Assembly: GCA_049999805.1 (NCBI GenBank)
Contig: JBNGIO010006232.1
Location: forward strand, 134,592-186,339
Direction of reading: 5' to 3'
Length of the DNA: 51,748 nucleotides
From: Folioceros fuciformis
Taxonomy: Eukaryota
Shown here: piece after piece, positions 26,423-36,987 of the stretch
Layout: each line of letters starts with the position of its first letter
Numbering within the stretch: position 1 is the stretch's first letter
Made by a program: the position numbers and the translations under genes
The notes under the pieces: model-generated
The model's input: only the letters and a program-made list of their open reading frames with translations
Databases searched by the model: none
Told to the model about the DNA's origin: nothing

Positions 26423-26676
26423 GCTGATATGGGCAAGCTAGCTACCCATTGAGCTTCATTTGAGAGCCCGTGCGACGGTTGCTCTTTGCCAAACTGTCCC
26501 TAGTCATCTATAATAAGACTGAAGAATGTGTTTATAAAATCCAATTTTTGACGTTGTAAGGTAAAGAGTGCGTGTCCGATGATTCGCGGCCCATAGTTCG
26601 AGAACGGTTTCACGGCCGCTGTGGGGGTTCGAGTCTCGTCGAGAACATTGTATGACAAGGTGAATCGCAATAATTC

Positions 26677-27141
26677 ACATTTATGCCAGTTTGGTTACCT
26701 CATCTATGGAATACCGACGCGGACATTTATGCCAATTCGGGTTATCTCATCTATGGAATACCGACGCGGACATTTATGCCAGNNNNNNNNNNTGCCAGTT
26801 CGGGTTATCTCATCTATGGAATACCGACGCGGACATTTACGCCAGTTGGGTTATCTCATCTATGGAATACCGACGCGGACATTTACGCCAGTTTGGTTAT
26901 CTCATCTATGGAATATCGATGCGGACATTTATGCCAGTTTGGTTATCTCCTCTATGGAAATCTTGACAATGTGGTTATCTCATCTATGGAAATCTCATCT
27001 ATGGAATACCGTGNNNNNNNNNNTCTCATCTATGGAAATCTCATCTATGGAATACCGTGGACAGGGACCACGGAATACCACGGACAGGGACTACGGAATA
27101 CCACGGACAAGGACTATGAAATACCACGGACAGGGACTACA
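26677..27141. repeat. Compound minisatellite: 46-47 bp units, then 15-bp units, then ~23-bp units; two short N gaps
   Basis: acatttatgccagtt(t/c)ggttatctcatctatggaataccgacgcgg repeats about 6 times, followed by aatctcatctatgga units and then ggaataccacggacagggactac units. The units share the core tatggaatacc/ggaatacc. Confidence 0.9.
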
Positions 27142-27908
27142 TACCAATGTTTTTTTATTGGAATACATATTTTATATGCAAATATATCATGGCATCTAAG
27201 GAATATTCCTCTACTCTAGCTTGCCACAACCCTATATACACTATATAGCGGGACAATCGGGAGCTCCCAATTCTCTTCCTGTCCTCGCTGCGCACGCTAC
27301 TAGTGCACAGTGTTAGTAGCGGGTGAATTTGATGTCCGGGTGCTTGGAAACAAGTTAACACTGATGCGTGGTTCTATAATCCTGAGGGGTTTGAGGACCA
27401 GACCCCCAAGCATGAATTCCACCCCAACTGGCCAGTTCCTCTCGAGCACTTGCAAGGTGATCATTTTGGCATCCGGCACGCTCCAGCTGGATGCAAGAGC
27501 AGGTGCGGCACTAGGTAGCTTGGAAGCCACCCCCGCCAGCTTACACCGGTCGTTGAACCAGAGGACCTGCTTAGACTTCCTGTTTCGAGCCTCCTGAGAT
27601 TGACTGCGATCTTGGAGCAAGCATAGTCCGACGCAAACTTCTCCCACAAGAATTGCTGGTTGATGGAAGGCCCTATACCAACCGAACTCCAGTTGCACGG
27701 GCTGGCTCTACAGCCAAGTTGTTGCACCTGGCAGCTTCATTGTGTGCCAACATCTGCTTCCGTGAAGTCAGCTTGGCAAGAGGCCTTCCTAGCAAGCCTG
27801 TCACCCTCCACACAGTTGTGGTTCTCGCATGAACCTACGGATGTTGTGTCCCCCTACTCGCCCCAGAGCTTGCTACAAAGCTGCACTTGGCCATGACCCA
27901 TCCCGATC

Positions 27909-27953
27909 GGGTCACAAAATAGGTGTCCCGATTGGGACACCTACTTTGTGCCC
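27909..27953. repeat. Short near-perfect palindrome (~20-bp stem)
   Basis: gggtcacaaaataggtgtccc-gatt-gggacacctactttgtgccc. Confidence 0.85.
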
Positions 27954-28593
27954 AATGACCGAAGTGGTCACAAACGTTATGCCCCTTATCATTGCACCGT
28001 ATACCTCCGCCCTAAAATATCTATGAAAGAACCCCTGCCCGTATCGATATTCCATACTCATCTACCAAGCTCATCCACATCATCTTACCTTCTCAAGCAT
28101 ATACCAAAAATGCTTTAAGAACATACATCCACTCCATTTAAGCTCCCCATTTGAAATACATATATTCATTGATAGATTTTGTAAGCTCTTGCACCAGGCA
28201 TATCCAGTTAAAATTCATCTACCTGGAAAACGTAAAAATTTCATCTATCCGGAAATAAGAGAATATAAAAAAGTCATAGGGGGACTCGTGTATGGCATGC
28301 CAAAGGGGATACGCCCCCTCTCTCTCGGTTTTTTTCCAAACACACGGGGTTATGTGTCCCCTTCGGCGCGTACACGAGTTTGAGGGCCAAAACCAAACCG
28401 GACAATCGACAGATGCATGAGAAAAAACTTGTGTGGAGGCCACTTGAAAGACGTTTTCTCGGATCGACCAAAAACCTGCCATCACCTTAGCCGAATCTCA
28501 CGCCGCCCATTCTCTACCTTTCCTACTCGAGGTTTAGGGTTTTGCATGCCTTCTACCTCCCAACGCACACGCCCAACCACTAAGGAAGGACAA

Positions 28594-30069
28594 GCACCTC
28601 GTTGGCCGCTGTCTACCCCACCCTTCACTTCCCTTGTTTCTTGCAATGTTGGCATCCACAGCTTCCAACTCTTGCTAGATAGCGTCGCGTTCCTCCCCGC
28701 ACCCGACACAAGAAACCCTCCCCAACCTCTTCGCCAGTTGTTGCCTGCGCATGACATCCAGGNNNNNNNNNNNNNNNNNNNNNNNNNNNNNNNNNNNNNN
28801 NNNNNNNNNNNNNNNNNNNNNNNNNNNNNNNNNNNNNNNNNNNNNNNNNNNNNNNNNNNNNNNNNNNNNNNNNNNNNNNNNNNNNNNNNNNNNNNNNNNN
28901 NNNNNNNNNNNNNNNNNNNNNNNNNNNNNNNNNNNNNNNNNNNNNNNNNNNNNNNNNNNNNNNNNNNNNNNNNNNNNNNNNNNNNNNNNNNNNNNNNNNN
29001 NNNNNNNNNNNNNNNNNNNNNNNNNNNNNNNNNNNNNNNNNNNNNNNNNNNNNNNNNNNNNNNNNNNNNNNNNNNNNNNNNNNNNNNNNNNNNNNNNNNN
29101 NNNNNNNNNNNNNNNNNNNNNNNNNNNNNNNNNNNNNNNNNNNNNNNNNNNNNNNNNNNNNNACCTCTGTATGAACCCCAGGGATCGTAGCATCCTCGCC
29201 ACCCCTACTACCTGTAGCCTCATCGCCACCCCAGCTATCGACATTCTCGCTCCTGATCCTTGAAGATGCAGCCTCCGTTGACCCTTCTGTAGACGCAACC
29301 ACCATTGCCGTTTCTATACGTGTTCTAGCCACGACCCCTATATGCCCGGGTTCAGGGCTCTTCCCTCCCATGCTTTCTGCTACCATTGCCCCTCCATCGA
29401 CTGTAGCGGCCACTGGCCCTCCTTCGGCATCAGCGGCTGCTACCCCTCCTCTAGCAGCAACGGCCTTCAACAGGCTGACCTTCAACGGAGGCTGCATCTT
29501 TGGGGATTAGGAGCGAGACTGTCGGTAGCTGGGGTGGCGATGAGGCTATAGGTAGTAGGGGTGGCGAGGATGCTACGATCCCTGGGGTTCATACAGAGGT
29601 TGAGGTGTTTGCAGCCAATGATGGTAGTGTAGCAACGCTTGCAGTTGTGGCAGTTGTGGTGGACGCACCTGCCGATGGGGAGAGTGGGGCGGGGGGAAGG
29701 GGATTGTGGACGTGCGGACACCGCTGAGGCAGGTGGGGAATATTGGCCACGGTGGCACAGATGCAAATGAGGCAACCCTAAAGATGATGTCCATGATTGC
29801 AGCAGGGAGGTAGGACTGGACGATAGGACTGGACGGAGGGCGGCAAACCACGGAGGCCAATCTATGCGGAGAATGGGGAATTTAGTCGATGGAGGTACCT
29901 AGATGTCATGAGCAGGCAACAACTGGCGAGGAGGTTGGGGAGGGTTTCTTGTGTTGGGTGCGGGGAGGAGCACAAGGTTGAGCAGCAAGAGATGGAAGTT
30001 GTGGACGCCAGCATTGCAAGAAACGGGGAAGTGGAGGATGGGGTAGGCAGCGGCCAACGAGGGGGGTGC
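28594..30069. repeat. Long inverted repeat: arms 28594-29281 (containing a 400-N gap) and 29482-30069, with a 200-nt spacer
   Basis: 29163-29281 is the reverse complement of 29482-29600 (7 mismatches in 119 nt by manual count). 28594-28762 is the more diverged reverse complement of 29898-30069. Confidence 0.9.
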
Positions 30070-30492
30070 AAACGCAAGGAGCACAATTAGAAGGGGAAGA
30101 GGGGTAGAATACGGAGCCGAAAAGTCCACTGAACCCAAGACCACGGTGGCGGAGGAGGGAAGTTGCGTACACAGACCCAAAATCAGGCTCAGAGGAGGAC
30201 GAGAGGAGACGACCCTAACCCCGACTCCCTGGCGGATGAGGTGTGGCTATAACACCCAGGAAGAATATCAACACAAGGGGTGAGAGCGACAATGCAGGCT
30301 CGCAGCGAGGAGGTGGGAGCGAGAAGGATGTGTTCCGTACCTTGAAGTCTATGATGGTTGTTGTGCACAAAGCGACGCAAGCATTGGTCATAGGGGTGGA
30401 GAACTTGAAGGCGGCTGTCGATACCTAAAGGCAAGCAACCCTACACTACCTGCTACGAAATTAGGGTATGCATAGAGGTTGCAGGTATACAT

Positions 30493-30748
30493 AGGGGATG
30501 CAGATAGTTGTGGCTGTAGGGGATGTATGGAGAGTAATGGCTCGGGGTAGATGTGGATTGAGTGGTAGGCAGACACCCCATGAAGCAAACCCTTTTTTTG
30601 GTCAGAGGGTGTGCAGATAGAGTAGGGGATGCAGATAGAGTTGTGGTTGTAGGGATGTATGGAGAGTAATGGCTCGGGGTAGATGTGGATTGAGTGGTGT
30701 AGGCAGACACCCCATGAAGCAAACCCTTTTTTGGTCAGAGGGTGTGCA
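30493..30748. repeat. Tandem duplication, 2 x ~130 bp
   Basis: ggggatgcagatag...gtatggagagtaatggctcggggtagatgtggattgagtgg...cagacaccccatgaagcaaacccttttttggtcagagggtgtgca occurs twice. Confidence 0.9.
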
Positions 30749-31625
30749 TGCAGCGGCTTAGCAATAGAAACCCTGGCAAATAAACCCTGAACGTTGAGCA
30801 CCCAATTGTGTGGCTGATGGTTGCTCGTGGATATGCTGTGTTCTCCCATGGAAAAGTTTTGGAAGAGTTGATAGTCGATGTTGGGGAAAGACAGCACCTG
30901 CCAGACGCGAGTGCTGAAGGAAGCACAGATTGATGTAGATCTGTGCACTCGAGTCCGGCAGGTGCGTGATCGAATTCGAATTTTAGAATTTTAGATTGCG
31001 TGTGGCGCAGGGATTCTTCTTGATCGGTGGAGGCCGGAAGGGAGGCGAAGAGGAGAAGGGCCAGCAGTGTACAGGCATTCTGCACGGATTCCGCAGGGAG
31101 TTCCTGGCCGAAGCCTAGGATGTGGATGAGAGGCAGGTGGATGACTTTCCCAACCGACAACAGGGCGCGGGTATCGTGCTGGCAGAGCGCGAGATCAGAA
31201 TCCCAGAGTCCTTCAACGCAGTCGAGGGTGGACAGCGAGACAGCGCTAGCCAAGCCCACTTCCGCGAGCACATCAATGGCGATTTCGTGTACAACATTCG
31301 TCTCGGGCGAAAAGGACTACCCGCATGAAATGTGAGGAGATGGACTCCCATGTTTGCTCAAGTGTTATGGATGAGGTAATGAAAGTGAATTTCCATTTCG
31401 TTTGCCTCTATTTGTGGTGAAGTGCGAAGTGTGCATGAAATTGGATCCGGTACCAAGAAGGCCGAAACCGCCGAATTTGTGCAGGCCTGTTTCCCGCCTT
31501 CCCGAGTTTGAGCGTGTGTGGATCCATCCATTGCTGGCCCGGGACTTGCACCTCCTGCGGATCGATGAAGCTGATCGATTGAAGACGTGGCCTGGTGCGG
31601 AGGGACGGGACGCGGAGCGGGCTTC

Positions 31626-33599
31626 ATGGCAGCGGCACTCACAATGCCGCAGGTGGTGATACTGGAAGACAGCGACGATGACGCGCCCGGGGCCCGAGCG
31701 GCCGAGAAATCCATCACCAAGGAGCAGATGCAGCGTATGGCCAGGCACAGGGAGATGGCCCTTTCGCGGCGCCTTCAGATTCAGCAGCGCACGGCTCGTG
31801 TGCTGCCGCCTGCGGAGCCGGTTTCCGCTCAAGGTGGCTGTGGTTGGAGGCGTCCATGACGTTTGCGGAATTGAGGGAAATGCGGTGCTGACGGTCGCTT
31901 GTGTGGATGTGAATTCGCAGCATTTTGTTTGCAACAAGATGTGAGTGGGAGGGAGGCCGGAGGGATGCAGTCTACAGCTGGTTGTGAAGGGAATCCGATC
32001 TGCCTGGAGTCCGTGCCTGAGGCTAGGTTTTTGGAGGACCGGAGTAGCTTTTGCGTGGTTGAGAGCGGGGATGGCTGGAGGTCGGTGAAAAGGCGGCCGG
32101 TGCCCGTCCAGAGCTTTGGAAGGTTTGATTCTGGTGATGCTGCGGAGGCCGGGCCCGGGAAGAGGATGAAGGTGGAGGGAGTAGGCGTGCAACCTGGAGC
32201 TGTGGCGGGATTGGCTCCGAGCGGGAGAGAAGAGGTTGTGAAGAAGTTGGAGGCTGCGCCGTCGAAGCAGCAGATGCAGGTGCTTAGAGCAATCCAAGAG
32301 GGGAAGTCTGTTTTCGTGACGGGATCTGCCGGCACTGGGAAGAGTTTCTTGTTGGATTTTGCTATACGGATTTTGAAGATGATGCATGGTCCGGACACGG
32401 TGTTTGTGACGGCGTCCACTGGACTGGCGGCGTGTGCTTTGAGAGGGACTACGCTGCACTCGTTTGCTGGAGTGATGCCAGGGGAGAAGAGCAAAGAGGC
32501 ACTTGCGAGTGAGCTGAATGACAGGAGGAAGCACGAGGCCAGAGCACGATGGGCCAGGGCTCGTGCACTTATTATTGACGAGATCAGCATGATAGACGGT
32601 CAGTTCTTTGACAAGCTGGAGTACATCGGCAGAGCTGTGAAGAAGACTAGCCGTCCTTTCGGGGGGATCCAGCTTGTGGTCACTGGAGATTTCTTCCAGC
32701 TCCCGCCAATCGAGCGGAAAGGGTTCGCTTTCGAGGCTGCCACTTGGGCGCGGTGCTTCGACCTGCAGATTGAACTCTCGCAGGTCTTCAGGCAGGCAGA
32801 CCAGGATTTTGTGTCCATGCTGAACGAAATACGCAGAGGATCTTGTTCGGATAGAACCTATCAACGGCTTCTCACTTGTACAGATAGTGGTAGAATGGTG
32901 GATGGAGACAGAGTTGGCTATACTAAGCTGTACCCGCACAAGAATCAGGTGGGCCAGGAGAATGAAGTGAATCTGGAGTCACTCCAAGCGCAGAAATACG
33001 CCTTCCCTGCCAAGGATGAGATTTTCGTCAAAAACAAGCGAGCAGAGGACATGGTCGAGAAGCTGGGTGTGAGTCAGACGATTCGCCTTTGCGTCGGGGC
33101 ACAAGTGATGCTACTGAAGAATCTGGAGACGGGGATGGGCCTCGTGAACGGTGCCAGAGGGGTGGTGGTCGGCTTTTGCCCTACAGACAACCCCTCGGCT
33201 GCTCCATTTGTCAAGTTCCATAGCCCCTGCGGCATGTGGCCTGTGGTGGAGTTCGCAGGTGATCCCACACCCAGAGTGATGGGACCAGAGCCCTGGAGCA
33301 TCACGGAAGGTGATTACGAGCTGGCCAGGAGGACGCAAGTCCCTCTGTCCCTGGCATGGGCTCTCAGCGTCCACAAGTGCCAAGGCATGACTCTGGACAA
33401 GGTGGAGACAGATCTCTCAAGGTCATTCGGTGTGGGCATGGTGTACGTGGCTCTGTCCAGAGTGAAAAGCCTCGAGGGGTTGCGACTCCGAGGTCTGGAC
33501 AGGAGGAAGATCCAGGTCGATCCCAAGGTGAAGTTGTTCTACGACGAGCTCAGTGCCCAGGGCGAAGAAAGGCCTGATGCTGCTGCTGTTGCACACTAG
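31626..33599 (+). CDS. PIF1: PIF1-family 5'-3' DNA helicase (canonical, non-Helitron type); exons 31626/31644-31833 and 31939-33599
   Basis: Walker A TGSAGTGKS, TASTG, TLHSFAG, IIDEISM, PFGGIQLVVTGDFFQLPP, QVFRQ, GAQVMLLKNL, LVNGARG, AWALSVHKCQGMTL and YVALSRV. A phase-1 GT-AG intron (31834-31938) joins an N-terminal exon in frame. Confidence 0.93.
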
Positions 33600-33886
33600 T
33601 ACCTGTAGGTTGAATTTCACAGATTTGGAGAAGAACCTGGAGATGGCAGAATCCATGTCATCGCATGGTACATAACGTCTAGGAACTCCGGCGGCAAGTC
33701 ACCAAGCCCTCTTCTTCAAGCCGTGATGGACATAATTTCACCCCGCCGATTATGACAGCCATCCGTTCCGTTTCGTGGTGATGTGATATAGATATTTCAA
33801 AGTTGGCACTTGTCACGCCCTCCGAATTTTCTGACTACCTCTTGGTGTGAAGATCGAGTAGTTCCTCCGAGGGGACGTGAGCGGGG

Positions 33887-34945
33887 ATGGAGGCGGCGTG
33901 CCGGATGCTACTGAAGGTGGAGGTGCATGCGCACATGAACGGTTGCGTTCGCGAGGCGACGCTCTTGGAGCTGGCGGCGGTGGCTGGGAGCCTGGGTGAC
34001 GTCCAGGCCCTGGTGAGTAAGCCGGAACGCACTCTGGCGGACTGCTTCAGGCTGTTCGACGCCATCCACAACGTGGTCCGGGATCACAACACGGTGCAGC
34101 GCATCGCGGCCGAGGTGGTGCAGGATTTCGCTGCCGACAATGTCGTGTACCTGGAGCTGCGTACCACGCCCAAGAGCATCCCTGGCGTGGCCATGAGCAA
34201 GCGCTCGTACACGGAGGCGGTGCTGGCGGGGATAGCCAGTGCTGATGCCGACTCGAAGTGCTTCTGCCGCCTCCTGCTCAGCATCGATCGGCGGGAGAGC
34301 GAGGCGCAGGCCATGGAAACGGTGCGGCTGGCGCAGGAGCTGCGCGAGCAAGGTAAGCCAGTGGTCGGGGTGGACCTGTCTGGGAACCCGGCGCGCGGGG
34401 CCTGGGAATCGTGGCTCCCGGCGCTGGCCTGGGCGCGGGCGCAGGGGCTGCCCGTCACGCTCCACTGCGGGGAGATCCCTGGGTCCGGCTCGGAGGTCCG
34501 CGACATGCTGCGCTTCCGCCCCGACCGACTCGGTCATCTCTGCTTCCTGGAAGCTTCCGAGTGGGAATCGCTGCTGCTGTCCAGGATCCCCGTCGAGGTC
34601 TGCTTCACTTCCAATCTCCGCACCAACAGCATGGCGTCGTTGGCGGACCACCACTTCCGAGCTTTATGGGACGCCCAGCACCCCGTGCTCCTCTGCACCG
34701 ACGATTCCTCTGTCTTCCGTACTACTCTCTCCCGGGAGTACGCCCTAGCCGCCTCATTCTTCGGGCTGTCTCTCGAGGACCTCAGGCTGCTGGCAGAGAA
34801 TGCCATCGACTACACCTTCGCCGACGCCAGGCTCAAGGCTCGTCTGCACCGGAGGTTTCAGGAAGCTTCGGCCTCGCTGTTGCCGGGTGCAGCTGGATCG
34901 CTAGAATTCGGTGGTTGCGAGCACCCACCTTCCTTTCGGTCTTGA
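33887..34945 (+). CDS. ADAL: Adenosine deaminase-like protein (ADAL / N6-methyl-AMP deaminase), single exon
   Basis: KVEVHAHMNG, YLELRTTPK, LLLSIDRR, VGVDLSGNP, TLHCGE, RLGH, PVEVCFTSN and LCTDD. The ORF is an uninterrupted 352 aa. Confidence 0.93.
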   Translation: MEAACRMLLKVEVHAHMNGCVREATLLELAAVAGSLGDVQALVSKPERTLADCFRLFDAIHNVVRDHNTVQRIAAEVVQDFAADNVVYLELRTTPKSIPGVAMSKRSYTEAVLAGIASADADSKCFCRLLLSIDRRESEAQAMETVRLAQELREQGKPVVGVDLSGNPARGAWESWLPALAWARAQGLPVTLHCGEIPGSGSEVRDMLRFRPDRLGHLCFLEASEWESLLLSRIPVEVCFTSNLRTNSMASLADHHFRALWDAQHPVLLCTDDSSVFRTTLSREYALAASFFGLSLEDLRLLAENAIDYTFADARLKARLHRRFQEASASLLPGAAGSLEFGGCEHPPSFRS

Positions 34946-35006
34946 GTAGGTGGTTCTTTGCGTTGAGGCAAGGACTTTGAGCATTTTGCAAGCGGGAAGG
35001 AGGAGT

Positions 35007-36679
35007 ATGGACAAGTGGTATTACCTGATGGTGCTCTTTCCCGCGCTGCTGCTGGCACTGTACCTTGCCACCACCAGCCAGCGCCATTTCTGGTCTGCTG
35101 GCGAGGGCACGGTGAGCGCGGGGGGCCAGGCGATGCACGCAGAGCTGGGCGTACTGTGGATGCTGAAGGAGCAGGAGAAAGAGATCTTGAAGCTCCGTAC
35201 GGCTGGTGGAAGCCTTCCTGGGATGAAGGAGGTGGAGAGAGGAATTCTGGCACAACTTGAATTGAATAGGAGGATGCAACAGACGCTGAGGGGGAGCTTA
35301 AGAAATGTTGACTCGGTGAGCGGAGGGCAGGCGCCGGTTGTGGGCGGCGTACATTGCCACAATGTTGGTGCTGGGGAGGCGGGGGCAAGGCGGGAAGTGG
35401 TGTGGCGACCTGAGAAGAGGAGGTTTCTTCTTGCCTTGTGCGTGTCTGGGCAATTTTCCAACCGGCTCATTTGCCTGGAGAAGCACATGTTCTTTGCGGC
35501 TCTCCTGAATCGGAGTCTGGTGCTGCCCAGCCGGCGGTACGAGGCGTGGGCGTACGACATGAGCAGTGCTCTTGACGTGGGCCATATCAGGTCCTGCACA
35601 GGCAACCGGACGGTGCTGACGTTTGATGAGTTTGAAGCCGGGAGAGGGAAGGTGAATGTGGACAGGTTCATCTGCTATTTCCGGAATTGTTATCTCGATG
35701 ACGATAAGCGGGCGAAGCTGAAGGCAGCAGGAGTTACGTGGAGTTTGTGGGAGGATGCTTGGCCGAGTGATCCTGAACTTGGGGGAAGCACTATACCGTC
35801 TCATCCACGGTTGGATGAGTTTTTAGGCAAGTTTGGTGTGGAAGATGAGGTCATAGCTATCGGAGATGTGTTCTACGCGGATGTGGAGCAGAGCTGGCAG
35901 CAGCAGGTTGGAGGGCCTCTTGCACACCCAGCATGCAAGACTGTCATCCAGCCTAGCAGGGTCATCGTGCTCACTGCACAGCGCTTTATCCAGACTTACC
36001 TCGGAAGCAATTTCCTGTCGTTCCACTTCCGGAGACACGGATGGTTGATGTTCTGGTGAGTTTCTTCTTCCTTCCTGGACAATCCGTCTGTGGGCATGGT
36101 AGCACAATGTAGAGTGTTTTCTCTGCCACCGTTTAACACACGATGAGTTTAAAATCATGTGCAGCAATACCAACCCCGAAGACTGCTTCTTCCCGATTCC
36201 CCAAGCAGCAGGCTGCATACTTAGAGTACTCCAGGCAACGAATGCGTCAGTCGTGTTCATCTCCTCAGATGCAGCTCCCTCTGAAATAGACCTGTTGAAA
36301 GCCATGCTCACGGAAGACGGCAAACATATCCCTGTTATCACCAGACCCGCGCACGACTCCCGCGTGAAGTGGGATTCTCTGTTGGTGAGGCACGGGCTGG
36401 ACAAGAATCCTGAGGTATGAGTCGCTCACCATCTCCTCGTATGGCATGTTCAGGAATACCATCTTGGGTTGCTTGCTGAAGGAGGGAGTTTCCGAGCTGC
36501 AGGTGGTGGGCATGCTTGACAAGACCATTCATGCACTAGCCACCTTTTTTATCGGGACTGCTGGATCTACGTTCAGCAATGACATCGTGAGACTTCGGCA
36601 AGAGTGGGGCACTGCAAGCTCTTGTGACGAATATCTCTGCCAAGGAGAGAAGCCAAACTACAAAGCAGAGTTGAATTAG
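35007..36679 (+). CDS. O-fucosyltransferase family protein (type II membrane, OFUT36-like); exons 35007-36055, 36165-36414, 36503-36679
   Basis: N-terminal TM, CVSGQFSNRLICLEKHMFFAALLNR, HFRRHGWLMF-CN...CFFPIPQAA and MLDKTIHALATFFIGTAGSTFSNDIVRLRQEWGTASSCDEYLCQGE. Confidence 0.9.
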
Positions 36680-36987
36680 AATATGTACAAATTCTCGTTG
36701 CCAATCTGTATCATACCTTGCCGCCTCTCTCCGTATCAGGGTTGGGAGATCTACCGATGCAAAAGACATTGTCCATCGACCAAAGTCGCATTTCCTGGAC
36801 GGGTTCGAACTGGAGGTTACACCGTCGTCCGCCAACAGACTTCTTATTTTACAGTGTGTAGTAACGGCCATGCTTCAAGCTTGCTTCCTGCGAATGCCTC
36901 CAACGGCATATGGAGATGCTTGAGTACTGTATCTATTTGGGCAAGTATGGTGAGGGATATGTCGGAGATCGAGGATAAACAAGGACA

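Noticed and set aside
26677-27141. CRISPR-like array
   Set aside because: The units are contiguous tandem copies without unique spacers, there are no cas genes, and the context is eukaryotic.
28417-29497. ORFs of 170-290 aa in the ORF track
   Set aside because: They run through the 400-N gap and are artefacts.
31626-33599. Helitron RepHel transposase
   Set aside because: There is no HUH Rep domain or Helitron terminus. The motifs are of the canonical cellular PIF1 type, and the gene has its own N-terminal exon.
31365-34980. Long antisense or alternate-frame ORFs (31365-32939, 31829-32590, 33908-34654, 34239-34980)
   Set aside because: These are shadows of the GC-rich PIF1 and ADAL coding sequence, with no independent motifs.
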